Below, one piece after another: positions 1 through 9,802 of a stretch of 64,000 nucleotides of DNA. The notes under the pieces were generated by a model. The model worked only from the letters and a program-made list of their open reading frames with translations. It had not been told where the DNA came from and did not search any database. Numbering within the stretch: position 1 is the stretch's first letter; every line of letters begins with the position of its first letter. The stretch covers positions 1-64,000 of the IMG/VR virus record IMGVR_UViG_3300037189_006336. The stretch is one strand, 5' to 3'. The position numbers and the translations under genes were made by a program. The DNA is from an uncultured virus (IMG/VR IMGVR_UViG_3300037189_006336) (Duplodnaviria > Heunggongvirae > Uroviricota > Caudoviricetes).

Positions 1-2040
1 CTTACTTCTGTAGGTATTTCTAATCTTACAGCTACAGGAACACCTAATTCTACTACTTATTTAAGAGGAGATAATACTTGGGCTGCTATAAGTGGAGTAT
101 TATCTGGATTAACATCTGGACAAGTAACTTTTGCTAACAGTTCTTCTTCTATAATAGGAGATACTGGATTAACATGGAATAATACAAACAAAACTTTAAC
201 TGTAACTACTAACCAGGGACTTAATGGTTTAAATGTCACTGCTCTAACTACTGCAACAACTTCTACTAATAGTTTAGTTTCAATATCATCGACTATAACA
301 AGTGGTGCTGGTAGTAATGTTTTATTTGTAAATAGACAAGGTGGTGTAGGTGGACCAAGTACTACTGCTGACTTCCCTGTTAGATGTATTTCAATATTTA
401 AAGCAGGTACGCAAGAATTGTGTTTTCACCAGACTAATGGTATGGGGTTACAGGTTACAACAGATAACTACACAGGTTTAAATTCTCTATATTTAAACTC
501 ATTTGGTGGAGATGTATATGCAGGTAGTAGTTCTAATTCTTCTGGTAGTACGTTATTTGTGTATGGAAAAAACTCAGTGTATAGTTCTAACTCTTTCCGA
601 GTATTAAATAACTCAAATATTCAATTGTTTAATATTGATAGTGGAGGAAATATATCTATAGGAGGTAATACAACTTCTAGTTTATTTCAAATATTTCAAC
701 GTACTACAGGAGTAGGTACAGTATCAACTAGTGGCACAACAGTAACAGGAACAAATACACAATTTACTAATACATTTAAAATAGGTGATACTATAACAAT
801 AGCATCTATAGCTTATACAATATCAGCAATAGCTTCTGATACTAGTATGACTACTAATACATTAGCTACACTATCTAATCAAACTTACACTCTTACAGGT
901 GGTGCTAGATTTAATGTATATGGTAATGGTAATGTATCTTGGGGAACTCCAGGAACAGGAGGTACTAGTTCTACAATGTGGTATGATGCTAGATATGGTG
1001 CTTTAAATATAGGTAGTTCTACAAGTCAGTCTAGTTATCTGCTAAATGTAAATGGTGCTAGTTATTTTGTAGGAACTACTTTATTTGGTTCTTCTACTAA
1101 TAATACAGGTGCAAAAGTTACAATTAATGGTGGTTCTACTTCTAGTGGTTTTCCATCTACAAGTGGATCAACTTTTACTAATGGTATATTAAGATTGACA
1201 GATAATCAATATGCAAACGCTTTAGATTTTGGATTTGGCACATCTACAAATAATCCACCGTGGCTTCAAGCGAGATATAATAATGCTAGTACCACTGTCC
1301 CATTAATCTTACAACCGAATGGTGGAGGGGTATTAATAGGTGGTCAAACAACACCTGGCTCAACAATAACTTTAACAGTAGCTTCGAGAGAGGTAGGTCA
1401 AAGCACTGCTGATGTAATATTAGCTATAGATCAAACTAATGCAATTTATAATAGTTTACTAAACTTTAGTTATAGAGGAACTGCCTATGGGAGAATACAG
1501 TTTAATAATACTAGTAACGATTTTACTATTGGCTCATTAAGTGGTGCAACAGGTGGCAAAACATATTTATCAAATAACGGTACTAATATATTAAGTATTT
1601 ACTCTGGGGGTAAAGTTGGTATCCAAAATGGAGGTACATTTACAGATGATACAGTCAATATATTACAAGTAACAGGTAGAACTAAACTAAATGGTCAAGT
1701 ATCTTATGGTGGTAGTACACCTACAATAGCTGCTGGAACTGGTGCTGGTACTTCTCCTACTGCCTCTATAGTAGGAACTAATAATGGTGGAGTAATTACT
1801 GTTACTACAGGTACTCTACCCTCTTCATCTGCTACACTAGTTACTGTAACTTACACAGGAGCATTTGCTACAGGTAGTCAAATAATACTCTACCCTACTA
1901 ATTCTGCTACAGCTTTATTATCTGGAGTATCCATGGTATTTACAACAGGAACAACAACAACATTTACAATTACAACTGGTACAACAGCTTTAACAGCAGC
2001 TACAACTTATAGTTGGGCTTATGTTGTCACAGGATATTAA
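1..2040 (+). CDS. Tail fibre / receptor-binding-type protein, 5'-truncated by the window edge
   Basis: Frame 1 is open from base 1 (LTSVGISNLTATGTPNSTTYLRGDNTWA...) into the 418..2040 ORF. It carries the (F/Y)LRGDxTW tail-fibre repeat and is Gly/Ser/Thr-rich with beta-type repeats (GNISIG, GKVGI). Confidence 0.7.
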   Translation, partial: LTSVGISNLTATGTPNSTTYLRGDNTWAAISGVLSGLTSGQVTFANSSSSIIGDTGLTWNNTNKTLTVTTNQGLNGLNVTALTTATTSTNSLVSISSTITSGAGSNVLFVNRQGGVGGPSTTADFPVRCISIFKAGTQELCFHQTNGMGLQVTTDNYTGLNSLYLNSFGGDVYAGSSSNSSGSTLFVYGKNSVYSSNSFRVLNNSNIQLFNIDSGGNISIGGNTTSSLFQIFQRTTGVGTVSTSGTTVTGTNTQFTNTFKIGDTITIASIAYTISAIASDTSMTTNTLATLSNQTYTLTGGARFNVYGNGNVSWGTPGTGGTSSTMWYDARYGALNIGSSTSQSSYLLNVNGASYFVGTTLFGSSTNNTGAKVTINGGSTSSGFPSTSGSTFTNGILRLTDNQYANALDFGFGTSTNNPPWLQARYNNASTTVPLILQPNGGGVLIGGQTTPGSTITLTVASREVGQSTADVILAIDQTNAIYNSLLNFSYRGTAYGRIQFNNTSNDFTIGSLSGATGGKTYLSNNGTNILSIYSGGKVGIQNGGTFTDDTVNILQVTGRTKLNGQVSYGGSTPTIAAGTGAGTSPTASIVGTNNGGVITVTTGTLPSSSATLVTVTYTGAFATGSQIILYPTNSATALLSGVSMVFTTGTTTTFTITTGTTALTAATTYSWAYVVTGY

Positions 2041-2051
2041 AATATAAAAAT

Positions 2052-2351
2052 ATGATACAGTTTTCAAAACCTATAGAGTTCATAGAAGATGAACTATTCA
2101 AACCACAGATGGGTACATTCACCTTATTAGATGGAATCACTACAGATGACAATGGAGTGGAATATGTTACACTAGAATTTGAGTTATTACAAAATCATCA
2201 ATCTGGTAATAGAACAATAAGAAAAGGAAATATAAAAGTTCTAAAATCAACATTTGATTCTTTAAATATTGATTATATTGGTAATATAAATAATCAAGAA
2301 GCTTGTAAAGTTTTATTAGCAACATTTAATATAAATGATTTAACTTTGTAA
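2052..2351 (+). CDS. Hypothetical protein, possible tail-fibre chaperone
   Basis: ATG at 2052 follows an A-rich leader just after the fibre stop codon. Function inferred from position only. Confidence 0.5.
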   Translation: MIQFSKPIEFIEDELFKPQMGTFTLLDGITTDDNGVEYVTLEFELLQNHQSGNRTIRKGNIKVLKSTFDSLNIDYIGNINNQEACKVLLATFNINDLTL

Positions 2352-2364
2352 AAAAATAAAATAT

Positions 2365-2763
2365 ATGAATATAGAATTAACCAATAGTGAACTAACAACA
2401 CTATTACAAGAAATCAATGGCGCCATTCCTCAGATTAGTAAAGAAGGTGGTCAACCATTAAAGTTTAACTTAGCTGTATTATTTCAAAAAGCTACAGATG
2501 CTCTTAAACCTTTTGAAAAACTTAAAGAAGAGTTTATTAAAGAAAAAGGTACATCAACAGAAGATGGTGGATACACTCTTAAACAACTAAAATATGAAAC
2601 TCTTCCACCATCTGATAATAATTTTACAGATGAATTTAAAGAGTTTTTAGAATTATTAAATCAAAAAGTAGAGATCACATTTAAAAAAATACCTGTTTCT
2701 TATTTTGAGAAACTTAACTCAGAGGCCGTTTATCCTATACTATCAAAGTTTGTAGAATTATAA
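2365..2763 (+). CDS. Hypothetical helical protein, possible tail-fibre assembly factor
   Basis: 132-aa ORF of a type often found after fibre genes (EEFIKEKG...EFLELLNQKVEI); followed by a terminator. Confidence 0.5.
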   Translation: MNIELTNSELTTLLQEINGAIPQISKEGGQPLKFNLAVLFQKATDALKPFEKLKEEFIKEKGTSTEDGGYTLKQLKYETLPPSDNNFTDEFKEFLELLNQKVEITFKKIPVSYFEKLNSEAVYPILSKFVEL

Positions 2764-2780
2764 TTAACTATTTTATGTTT

Positions 2781-2812
2781 AAAACCACTTCATTTTTGGA
2801 GTGGTTTTTTTT
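2781..2812 (+). terminator. Rho-independent terminator
   Basis: AAAACCACTTC-ATTTTT-GGAGTGGTTTT stem-loop followed by a T-run. Confidence 0.8.
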
Positions 2813-2831
2813 GTTTTATAAATATTTTTTA

Positions 2832-2848
2832 GTATATTGTATTGTACA
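2832..2848 (+). promoter_or_regulatory. Putative late/structural promoter motif GTATATTGTATTGTACA
   Basis: 16/17 identical to 62583-62599. Both lie about 22 nt upstream of the first ATG of a + strand structural operon. Confidence 0.55.
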
Positions 2849-2870
2849 ATAATTATATAAAATTACTATA

Positions 2871-4235
2871 ATGCCAATTACAAAACCTACTAAATCCAAT
2901 ACTTCTGATATAGGTTGTTCTCCTACAACTTCCAACTGTGTCACGTGGCAGGGTCCAGATCTTTCGTGTATAAATCTTTGCGCGGGAGATAATGTATCTG
3001 ACGTAGTTTTTCAACTTGCGACAGAGATATGTAAACTAAAAACTGAAACAGATCTTTCTGATCTTGATTTGACGGGTCTTAAGTCTTTTTGTTCCCCTCA
3101 AATTCCTGCCCCGGACGTAGTTGATGTAGCAAAAGCTTTATCTTACATAACTAAAAGTATTATATGTTTAAAAGAATCTAGTTCTGGTTCTAATATAAAT
3201 GACGGTAGTGTTAGTGTACCTAAATGTGTAGGTGGTACAGGAGGTACTTATACTTATAGTGATGCTATAGGTTTTATTAATGACAAAATTGTAAATACAT
3301 TAAGTACAAAAGATGGTCAATGTTCTAGTGAGATTATTAGAGATTTGTATAATAGTGTTGATAATCTTACACAAGAAACAAAGGTTACATTACCAAATCA
3401 AATTAAAGACGTATCTAATAGAGTAACCGTAATAGAAACACAAAATATTGTAGTTACTAAAAATGGTAAATCAGCTAGTGATTTTTATCCACCACCAAGT
3501 ACAACTAGTGTACAAAAAGCTGTACAAGAGTTGGAGTATCAGATGATTTCTGTTATTGGTATGTTTAATAATGACTCACCTAAATATGATATAGAAAAAG
3601 CTTTACCTGATTTAGCTCAAGCAAAAACTTTAGCTACTACATTTACAAGTGATAACTTAAGTTTATCTACTGGTGGTACTTTAATAAATTTAGGATTAAT
3701 TGCTGATGATAAAGTTAAAGGTATTGGTAATATGTTGAATAACATATGGGTAGCTTTAGGTGATGTACGTTCAGCTGTAAAAATAATTCAAGATAACTGT
3801 TGTAAAGTTAATTGTGATAGTATTATTATTGATTTCCAACAAACGTTTGATCTTGTAGCTAAAACACTTAGTCTTGATTTTACTAATTCTATAGTACCAA
3901 AAGGATTTAAAGATACTGGAACTAATATTAGTGTTACCGATGTAAATGGTTTATCTGTACATGTTACAACCAATGGTAGTACCACTTTACCATTTATTGT
4001 AACTGAAGTTGATACTCCTGAATATAAACAAACTAAAGCTACTGCTTTAAAAATTCCTATTGATGGATTAGCTAATGGTAAGTTATTAATATCATTTAAA
4101 AATAATATAGGTAGTAGTACTGTTACATGTAATGATTGTTTTAGTAAAGAAATAAACTATGTAAATGAGTCTTGTTGTTCTATTACTAATACAGGAGCTG
4201 CAACAGTTACATTAACTATAAAAACCTGTTCATAA
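2871..4235 (+). CDS. Cys-rich virion protein (fibre/adaptor-like) with coiled-coil
   Basis: N-terminal motif NCVTWQGPDLSCINLCAGDNVSDVVFQL resembles the N-terminus of the 6518 ORF; many Cys; structural context. Confidence 0.55.
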   Translation: MPITKPTKSNTSDIGCSPTTSNCVTWQGPDLSCINLCAGDNVSDVVFQLATEICKLKTETDLSDLDLTGLKSFCSPQIPAPDVVDVAKALSYITKSIICLKESSSGSNINDGSVSVPKCVGGTGGTYTYSDAIGFINDKIVNTLSTKDGQCSSEIIRDLYNSVDNLTQETKVTLPNQIKDVSNRVTVIETQNIVVTKNGKSASDFYPPPSTTSVQKAVQELEYQMISVIGMFNNDSPKYDIEKALPDLAQAKTLATTFTSDNLSLSTGGTLINLGLIADDKVKGIGNMLNNIWVALGDVRSAVKIIQDNCCKVNCDSIIIDFQQTFDLVAKTLSLDFTNSIVPKGFKDTGTNISVTDVNGLSVHVTTNGSTTLPFIVTEVDTPEYKQTKATALKIPIDGLANGKLLISFKNNIGSSTVTCNDCFSKEINYVNESCCSITNTGAATVTLTIKTCS

Positions 4236-4756
4236 TGAGTTTTACAACTATTCCTCCATATCAATCAACACAAACCAGCGTAATGTGTGGTGGTAAAGGT
4301 ATTCCAATAAATTATAATGATGAAGGTGGTGATCATACTTTAGTATTATCTGCAAAAGGTATTTGTTGGAGTATATTTCCCAACCCTACATATGGTGGAA
4401 CAACTTCTAATAATATACAATTATCTGGAACAAATAAAAAAGATTATACATTACAAATAAATGGTCTTTTACCTAATACCAAATATTATGTAAGAGCTTA
4501 CATGAATGTAGCGTCTCTTACATATATGCCTGAATATGTTGTTGGTTATAATTATGGAACAGAATATTCTTTTTTTACATTATCTACAGATCTTGATTCA
4601 TCATATTCACATTGTGTTAGTAAAGACATACGTATAACACCTGGTGAGATTGTTATACTTCCTGATGGATATGATCTTATTGGAATAGACTATGGTGGTA
4701 ATATTACATCAACTTTAAAAGGTTCTACACCTGATTGTTTAATAATGGCTAAATAA
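4235..4756 (+). CDS. FN3-like domain virion accessory protein (paralog 1)
   Basis: Motif GLLPNTKYYVRAY...YGTEYSFFT; TAATG coupling to the upstream gene. Confidence 0.6.
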   Translation: MSFTTIPPYQSTQTSVMCGGKGIPINYNDEGGDHTLVLSAKGICWSIFPNPTYGGTTSNNIQLSGTNKKDYTLQINGLLPNTKYYVRAYMNVASLTYMPEYVVGYNYGTEYSFFTLSTDLDSSYSHCVSKDIRITPGEIVILPDGYDLIGIDYGGNITSTLKGSTPDCLIMAK

Positions 4757-4763
4757 TAAAAAA

Positions 4764-5552
4764 ATGGCGGGATCTCCATCTATAAGAACAGTAAAACCTT
4801 ACAATATAACATCTACTGGATTTACATCTGGTGGATATTCTATATATGATATAGTTCCTACAACTAAAGGATTATTATATAGTACAATATCAAATGATAG
4901 TTCTGCTACATATAAATCAATTAATACTGGAACATCAAATCCATATGAACAAATAATACTTTCAGAATTAACCAATAATACAGTATATTATGTAAGAGCT
5001 TATTGTTCTAATGGTACAACTAATGTTATTGGAGATGAATATCAAATAAGAACATTAGCTCAGGATGCTTTACCGAATACATGTGTAGAAAGATCTATAA
5101 CATTAAATCCTAATGTTACATATGATATACCCAAAGGTGTAGAAATAATATATAGTGATACTCCTACTAATGTACTTGAATCTAATTGTTTAGATGTAAA
5201 CCTAATACCATATACACCATCTGTTACAAATCTTCCGGGCGCTCCTAGAAATTTAAGATGGTTTTATCTTGGTAATGGTCAGCTTAACATAGATTGGGAA
5301 CCTCCTACATCAATAGGAAATTCTCCTATAATTAAATATAAAATATATATATATAGAGGAGAATCGTTAGTTATCAACTATCCTAAAACAATTAATGTTG
5401 GAGGTTCTTTTAGTACTTCTCATAGAGCATCACCTGTAACAAATAGTACATTAGGTGACGTTAACACTTATTATTATGCTAGAATATCTGCTATAAACAG
5501 TGCTGGTGAAGGACCTGTAGCGTTAAGTCCTGGAGGTGGTGTTGTTATTTAA
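4764..5552 (+). CDS. Protein with two fibronectin type III-like domains (paralog 2)
   Basis: ELTNNTVYYVRAY plus a canonical C-terminal FN3 (PGAPRNL...WEPP...GNSPIIKYKI...YYARISAINSAGEG). Confidence 0.7.
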   Translation: MAGSPSIRTVKPYNITSTGFTSGGYSIYDIVPTTKGLLYSTISNDSSATYKSINTGTSNPYEQIILSELTNNTVYYVRAYCSNGTTNVIGDEYQIRTLAQDALPNTCVERSITLNPNVTYDIPKGVEIIYSDTPTNVLESNCLDVNLIPYTPSVTNLPGAPRNLRWFYLGNGQLNIDWEPPTSIGNSPIIKYKIYIYRGESLVINYPKTINVGGSFSTSHRASPVTNSTLGDVNTYYYARISAINSAGEGPVALSPGGGVVI

Positions 5553-5563
5553 AATAAAAACTT

Positions 5564-6433
5564 ATGAGTTGTTTTATTGCTATAGATACTAAAAAGATTA
5601 CTAATATAACTACCAGTACATTAAATACTGGTGGATTAAATATTCTATCTACTGATCCTATTGTAGAAAAAGGAATAGTGTATTCTTATACTTCTATTCT
5701 TCCCACTATAGGTTTTAGTAATAAAGAGATATATTCAAAAAAAGGTGTTGGTAAGTTTGATGTTACACTTCAAGGATTATCTGAAGGATTCACTTATTAT
5801 GTTCGCGCGTATGCTATAAGTAATACAGGAGATGTATCTTATGGAAGAACACTAGAAGCTAAGATGTTAATCACAGCTCAATCTAGTTGTTCTATGAATG
5901 TATCTCTTCCTGTTGGAAAAATATATACTATTCCTGATGGTTATACATTAGTAGGATCTAGTAATAACGGTTCATTACAATCTACTTGTATTGATGTTAC
6001 AAAAATAGAAAATTTAATAAAAGAATGTTATGGATTTTTCTTCTCTGTTACTGACCCTAATGATTCAGCTTATGGTAAAGATGTTGTATTAAAAGGCATT
6101 AATATTAATGGAGTAGATTATGACTTTAATGAACCTAATATTTGGCAAAATGGTAATACAGTAACAAGTACTGTTACAGATCAACTTATAAATAGGATGA
6201 TTAACTCTAATCCTTATTTATCTACTGTAATGATGGATGGTCATTATTTTGGATTTAATATAGGTGCTGATGGAAAAAACCAAGTCATATCATTTAAAGG
6301 ATTACCTGTATTTAAAGATGCTTATGTTTATTATAGCATGTACGGAACTCCTACTGGAACTAGATTAGCAACTTTTATTTACCCAATTGATCAATTATCA
6401 ACTCAAACAGGTCAATCTTTAACTTGTATATAA
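5564..6433 (+). CDS. FN3-like domain virion accessory protein (paralog 3)
   Basis: EKGIVYS...GLSEGFTYYVRAYA...YG motif. Confidence 0.6.
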   Translation: MSCFIAIDTKKITNITTSTLNTGGLNILSTDPIVEKGIVYSYTSILPTIGFSNKEIYSKKGVGKFDVTLQGLSEGFTYYVRAYAISNTGDVSYGRTLEAKMLITAQSSCSMNVSLPVGKIYTIPDGYTLVGSSNNGSLQSTCIDVTKIENLIKECYGFFFSVTDPNDSAYGKDVVLKGININGVDYDFNEPNIWQNGNTVTSTVTDQLINRMINSNPYLSTVMMDGHYFGFNIGADGKNQVISFKGLPVFKDAYVYYSMYGTPTGTRLATFIYPIDQLSTQTGQSLTCI

Positions 6434-6517
6434 TCTTATTAAATTTAAATACTGTTTTGAACCATAACTCATCATCAAATAATAAAAATATTTTATAAAA
6501 TAAAAAAATAATTAATT

Positions 6518-8173
6518 ATGTCTTCTTGTCCTGGATGTCACGATACACCACTACCTTTATATAATGAGCATCATTGTGTAAGTAGTCAACCGGTTATATT
6601 ACCGGTATGTTCAAATGGTGAAAAATGTGAAGAAACTCTTGATGCTGGGTGTGTTATTTATAGTGGTGATCCAATATCTCGTTTTGGTATAGCTACAGAT
6701 GATAGAATGGATGCTATATTACACAAACTAGATACTAATTCTACTTCAAATAATATTATAGTAGCTAATACACCTACAGTTTTTTTAACTGGGTTGGTTA
6801 ACGGTGAAACTACTTTTACTAAAACAGTAGCATCAACAACAAACTCAACCACTTTAGTATTAAATAATGGAACTGATATAACTCCCGGACAACTAGTTAC
6901 TGGAACTAATATTGATAGTGATACTAAAGTAGTGTCAATAACTGTTAATACATTAGTGATATCAAAACCTGTTTTAGGAGTTGTTACTAACGGAACTCTT
7001 ACGTTTACAAGATCGGCTGGTGTTGGATTAGTTTCTAATCCTCTTATAGCTAATGTTAAAAAATCTACTTCAACAACTAATGGAGATAATCAACTTCAAT
7101 TATTATCTGATGGATTGTATATATCACCTAAAATAAAAACTACTAGTGATGATACAACACCGGCTTATTTAAATAATAAATTAGTAGCTGGAACAGGAGT
7201 AACTATAACATCATCTACTGATACAACTTATGGTAAAATACTTACTATAGCTTCAACAGGTGGATCAAATATAGCCGTAGCTGATACAGCTACAATAGAT
7301 TTAACATTAACACCTGGAGTTGGTAACGCACCTTCTACACTAACTGCTGATTTAAAATTAACAGGTACTACATTACCAACACCAGTTATAACTATAAATA
7401 GTAGTTTTTATAAAAATGATGGTATTACTGCATATACAACAGCTTCTTTTTCAGGTAACTCTGTAACTGTAGATGTAGGAGCTAAAATAAACATAAGTAA
7501 TAGTATTTATAAATACACTAAATCTGGTAGTCAATCTAGTCCTACAAGTTTATCTGGTTCAGACGGATGGGGAACTACAGATCCTGGTAATGGTATAAAT
7601 AGTAATCCTTTAGGAAGTTCTAGTTCAGCTTTAACTAGTCCTGAAAATATTCCTACAACTATAACAAAAAGTATTACATTATCAGCTCCTTCAAGTGGTT
7701 TAATAGTAGTAGGTAATCAAATTCAAGTTGGTGGATCAGGAACGCCTGTAACTACAACAGCTAGTATAAATATGAAATTTTCTTATAGATATTTTTATGG
7801 TAAAAGCACTAATCCAGGACTAACTACTTTAAATGATTTTAGAACAGCTTTATTTAATAATGATTTTACATTAAATGCTCCAGTTACTGGTAGTGTAGTA
7901 GGAGGAGTTACTAGATCAGTTTTAGTAACTAGAGAAACTACTGTAGCTGGTGAATATTATTACTTTTGTATTCCAACAAATCAACCATTAACATCTATAA
8001 TTAAAGATGGTGCTACTGGTATATTACCTTCTTTTTTACCAATTGTTAAAAATGCTTCATTTGTAAATGATGCAGGATTAACATTATCATATAATATATA
8101 TAGAACTGGAGCTAATCCTTTTGGTCTTGGTGAGCCAGCTTCTTTACAATTTAACTTTACAAGCCAAATTTAA
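6518..8173 (+). CDS. Tail fibre/spike-like structural protein with Cys-rich N-terminus
   Basis: MSSCPGC...CEETLDAGCVIYSGD N-terminus; NQLQLLSDGLY and VADTATIDLTL fibre-type repeats; Thr/Ser/Gly-rich. Confidence 0.6.
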   Translation: MSSCPGCHDTPLPLYNEHHCVSSQPVILPVCSNGEKCEETLDAGCVIYSGDPISRFGIATDDRMDAILHKLDTNSTSNNIIVANTPTVFLTGLVNGETTFTKTVASTTNSTTLVLNNGTDITPGQLVTGTNIDSDTKVVSITVNTLVISKPVLGVVTNGTLTFTRSAGVGLVSNPLIANVKKSTSTTNGDNQLQLLSDGLYISPKIKTTSDDTTPAYLNNKLVAGTGVTITSSTDTTYGKILTIASTGGSNIAVADTATIDLTLTPGVGNAPSTLTADLKLTGTTLPTPVITINSSFYKNDGITAYTTASFSGNSVTVDVGAKINISNSIYKYTKSGSQSSPTSLSGSDGWGTTDPGNGINSNPLGSSSSALTSPENIPTTITKSITLSAPSSGLIVVGNQIQVGGSGTPVTTTASINMKFSYRYFYGKSTNPGLTTLNDFRTALFNNDFTLNAPVTGSVVGGVTRSVLVTRETTVAGEYYYFCIPTNQPLTSIIKDGATGILPSFLPIVKNASFVNDAGLTLSYNIYRTGANPFGLGEPASLQFNFTSQI

Positions 8174-8178
8174 TAAAA

Positions 8179-9660
8179 ATGAGTCAATTATCATATCCTT
8201 CAGAATTAATACATGGTGATCCATTATCAGCATTAGTTGATTCTAATATAGTTAGAGGTGGATTAAGAACGGTAGGTTCAACAGGTGCGTTACTTACTAT
8301 TCCAACAGATCAAGTAAAACGATATGTTACTAGAGTATATGTAACTGATCCTACTAATAAATGGTACACGTTAACAGGTAGTAATAGTACACAATCAGGA
8401 TCATGGACTGCTGATGATCCGTCATATTCTTTACCTAGTGCTACTACTGATCAGAAAGGTGGTGTAACTATTTCATCTACTGGTGGTTTATCTGTAACTA
8501 GTAGTGTTTTATCAATTAATGCAAATAATGGTTTAAATATTAGTAGTAATGCTGTTCGTCTAGGAGGTACATTAACTCAAAATACTGAACTTACTTGTAC
8601 TACTTATGATCTTAATATAAGAACTTCAGCTACTGTATCTATAGGAAATACTGACTTTGATGGTTCAACTCATCTTTCTAATTTATATATAAAAGCAAGT
8701 AGTGGTAAACCTTATGCATTACGTTCATCAAAAGAACTTAGTGTAACAAGTGGTGATTCTAATAATATGTTAAGTAGTTATGCTGAATTAACTATAAGTA
8801 ATAGCTCACCTAATTCTTCATTTGCTGATACTATTACATATTCAAGTAGTTTTAATATACTAAATCTAAGTTCTGCATCATCAACTACACAAGTTCTTAA
8901 TTCAGCAAATGTTACTTGTAGTACTAATTTAATAAGAATTGATAAACCTTCTTCAATATATAATGTAAACTCTAGTAGTATAAGAGGTACAACTAATGGT
9001 CTTCTTTTAAAAGGAACTTCAGGAGGAACGAAACCTTGGGCAGCTAATACACCTTATTTAGCTGATGACACTACTTCAAGATATGCTGATTATGTAATGG
9101 TAGTTGATTCAACTTCAAGAATATATAAATGTAAGACAAATGGTACATCATCAACTACCGCTCCTACACATACTTCGGGAGATGTAACAGACGGTAGCGG
9201 ACCCTTAGTTTGGACATATGTAGGACTTGCCGGTCCTGATTATAACTACCAGCTAGGTAATATATCTCTTATAAATACAGGAGTAATAGGTAGTACTGAG
9301 TCAAATGGTTTACCTGTATTTAATGGAGTTATAAATAACTTGCATGGTTTGTATGTACAAAATATACCAAAAGGAATAAATAGTCTTAGTGGTACCAGTT
9401 CTACAGGAATTGCTAACACCACATATGGAATATATATAGATGGTGATGATGTTGCTTATTCTAAAATTGGTACTAGATATGGTATATACCAAAATGGTGA
9501 AAGAGATGTAAATGTATTTAGAGGACCAACTAGAATTGATGGTGTATTTACTTTAGGTGGTGCTAATAATCCTGTTACTACTGGTACTGCTACACCAAGC
9601 AAAAAGATACGAATAAAAGTAAATGATACTTATTATTATTTATTAGCTGTTGAAAGTTAA
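8179..9660 (+). CDS. Tail fibre-like protein with a putative carbohydrate-binding (CBM5/12-like) module
   Basis: YSLPSATTDQKGGV fibre repeat; WAANTPY...IYKCKTNGTSSTTAPTHTSG...WTYVG module. Confidence 0.55.
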   Translation: MSQLSYPSELIHGDPLSALVDSNIVRGGLRTVGSTGALLTIPTDQVKRYVTRVYVTDPTNKWYTLTGSNSTQSGSWTADDPSYSLPSATTDQKGGVTISSTGGLSVTSSVLSINANNGLNISSNAVRLGGTLTQNTELTCTTYDLNIRTSATVSIGNTDFDGSTHLSNLYIKASSGKPYALRSSKELSVTSGDSNNMLSSYAELTISNSSPNSSFADTITYSSSFNILNLSSASSTTQVLNSANVTCSTNLIRIDKPSSIYNVNSSSIRGTTNGLLLKGTSGGTKPWAANTPYLADDTTSRYADYVMVVDSTSRIYKCKTNGTSSTTAPTHTSGDVTDGSGPLVWTYVGLAGPDYNYQLGNISLINTGVIGSTESNGLPVFNGVINNLHGLYVQNIPKGINSLSGTSSTGIANTTYGIYIDGDDVAYSKIGTRYGIYQNGERDVNVFRGPTRIDGVFTLGGANNPVTTGTATPSKKIRIKVNDTYYYLLAVES

Positions 9661-9715
9661 AAATAATTAACAACTTATAAGTCAGCGGTTTGTTGGTTTA
9701 TTCCTCTGAACATTC

Positions 9716-9748
9716 GTCCTGATATATCTATATCGGGACTTATTTTTT
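9716..9748 (+). terminator. Rho-independent terminator
   Basis: GTCCTGATAT-ATCT-ATATCGGGAC hairpin followed by TTATTTTTT. Confidence 0.75.
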
Positions 9749-9802
9749 AATATATACAATAAAAACCTCTAACTTTACACACCGTAATATAAACATTAAT
9801 AT

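Noticed and set aside
418..420. TTG 418 as the start of the first gene
   Set aside because: The frame is open back to base 1 with fibre-type sequence, so the gene starts before the window.
1..9660. Diversity-generating retroelement or invertible fibre cassette
   Set aside because: No reverse transcriptase, recombinase or template/variable repeat pair was seen in the window.
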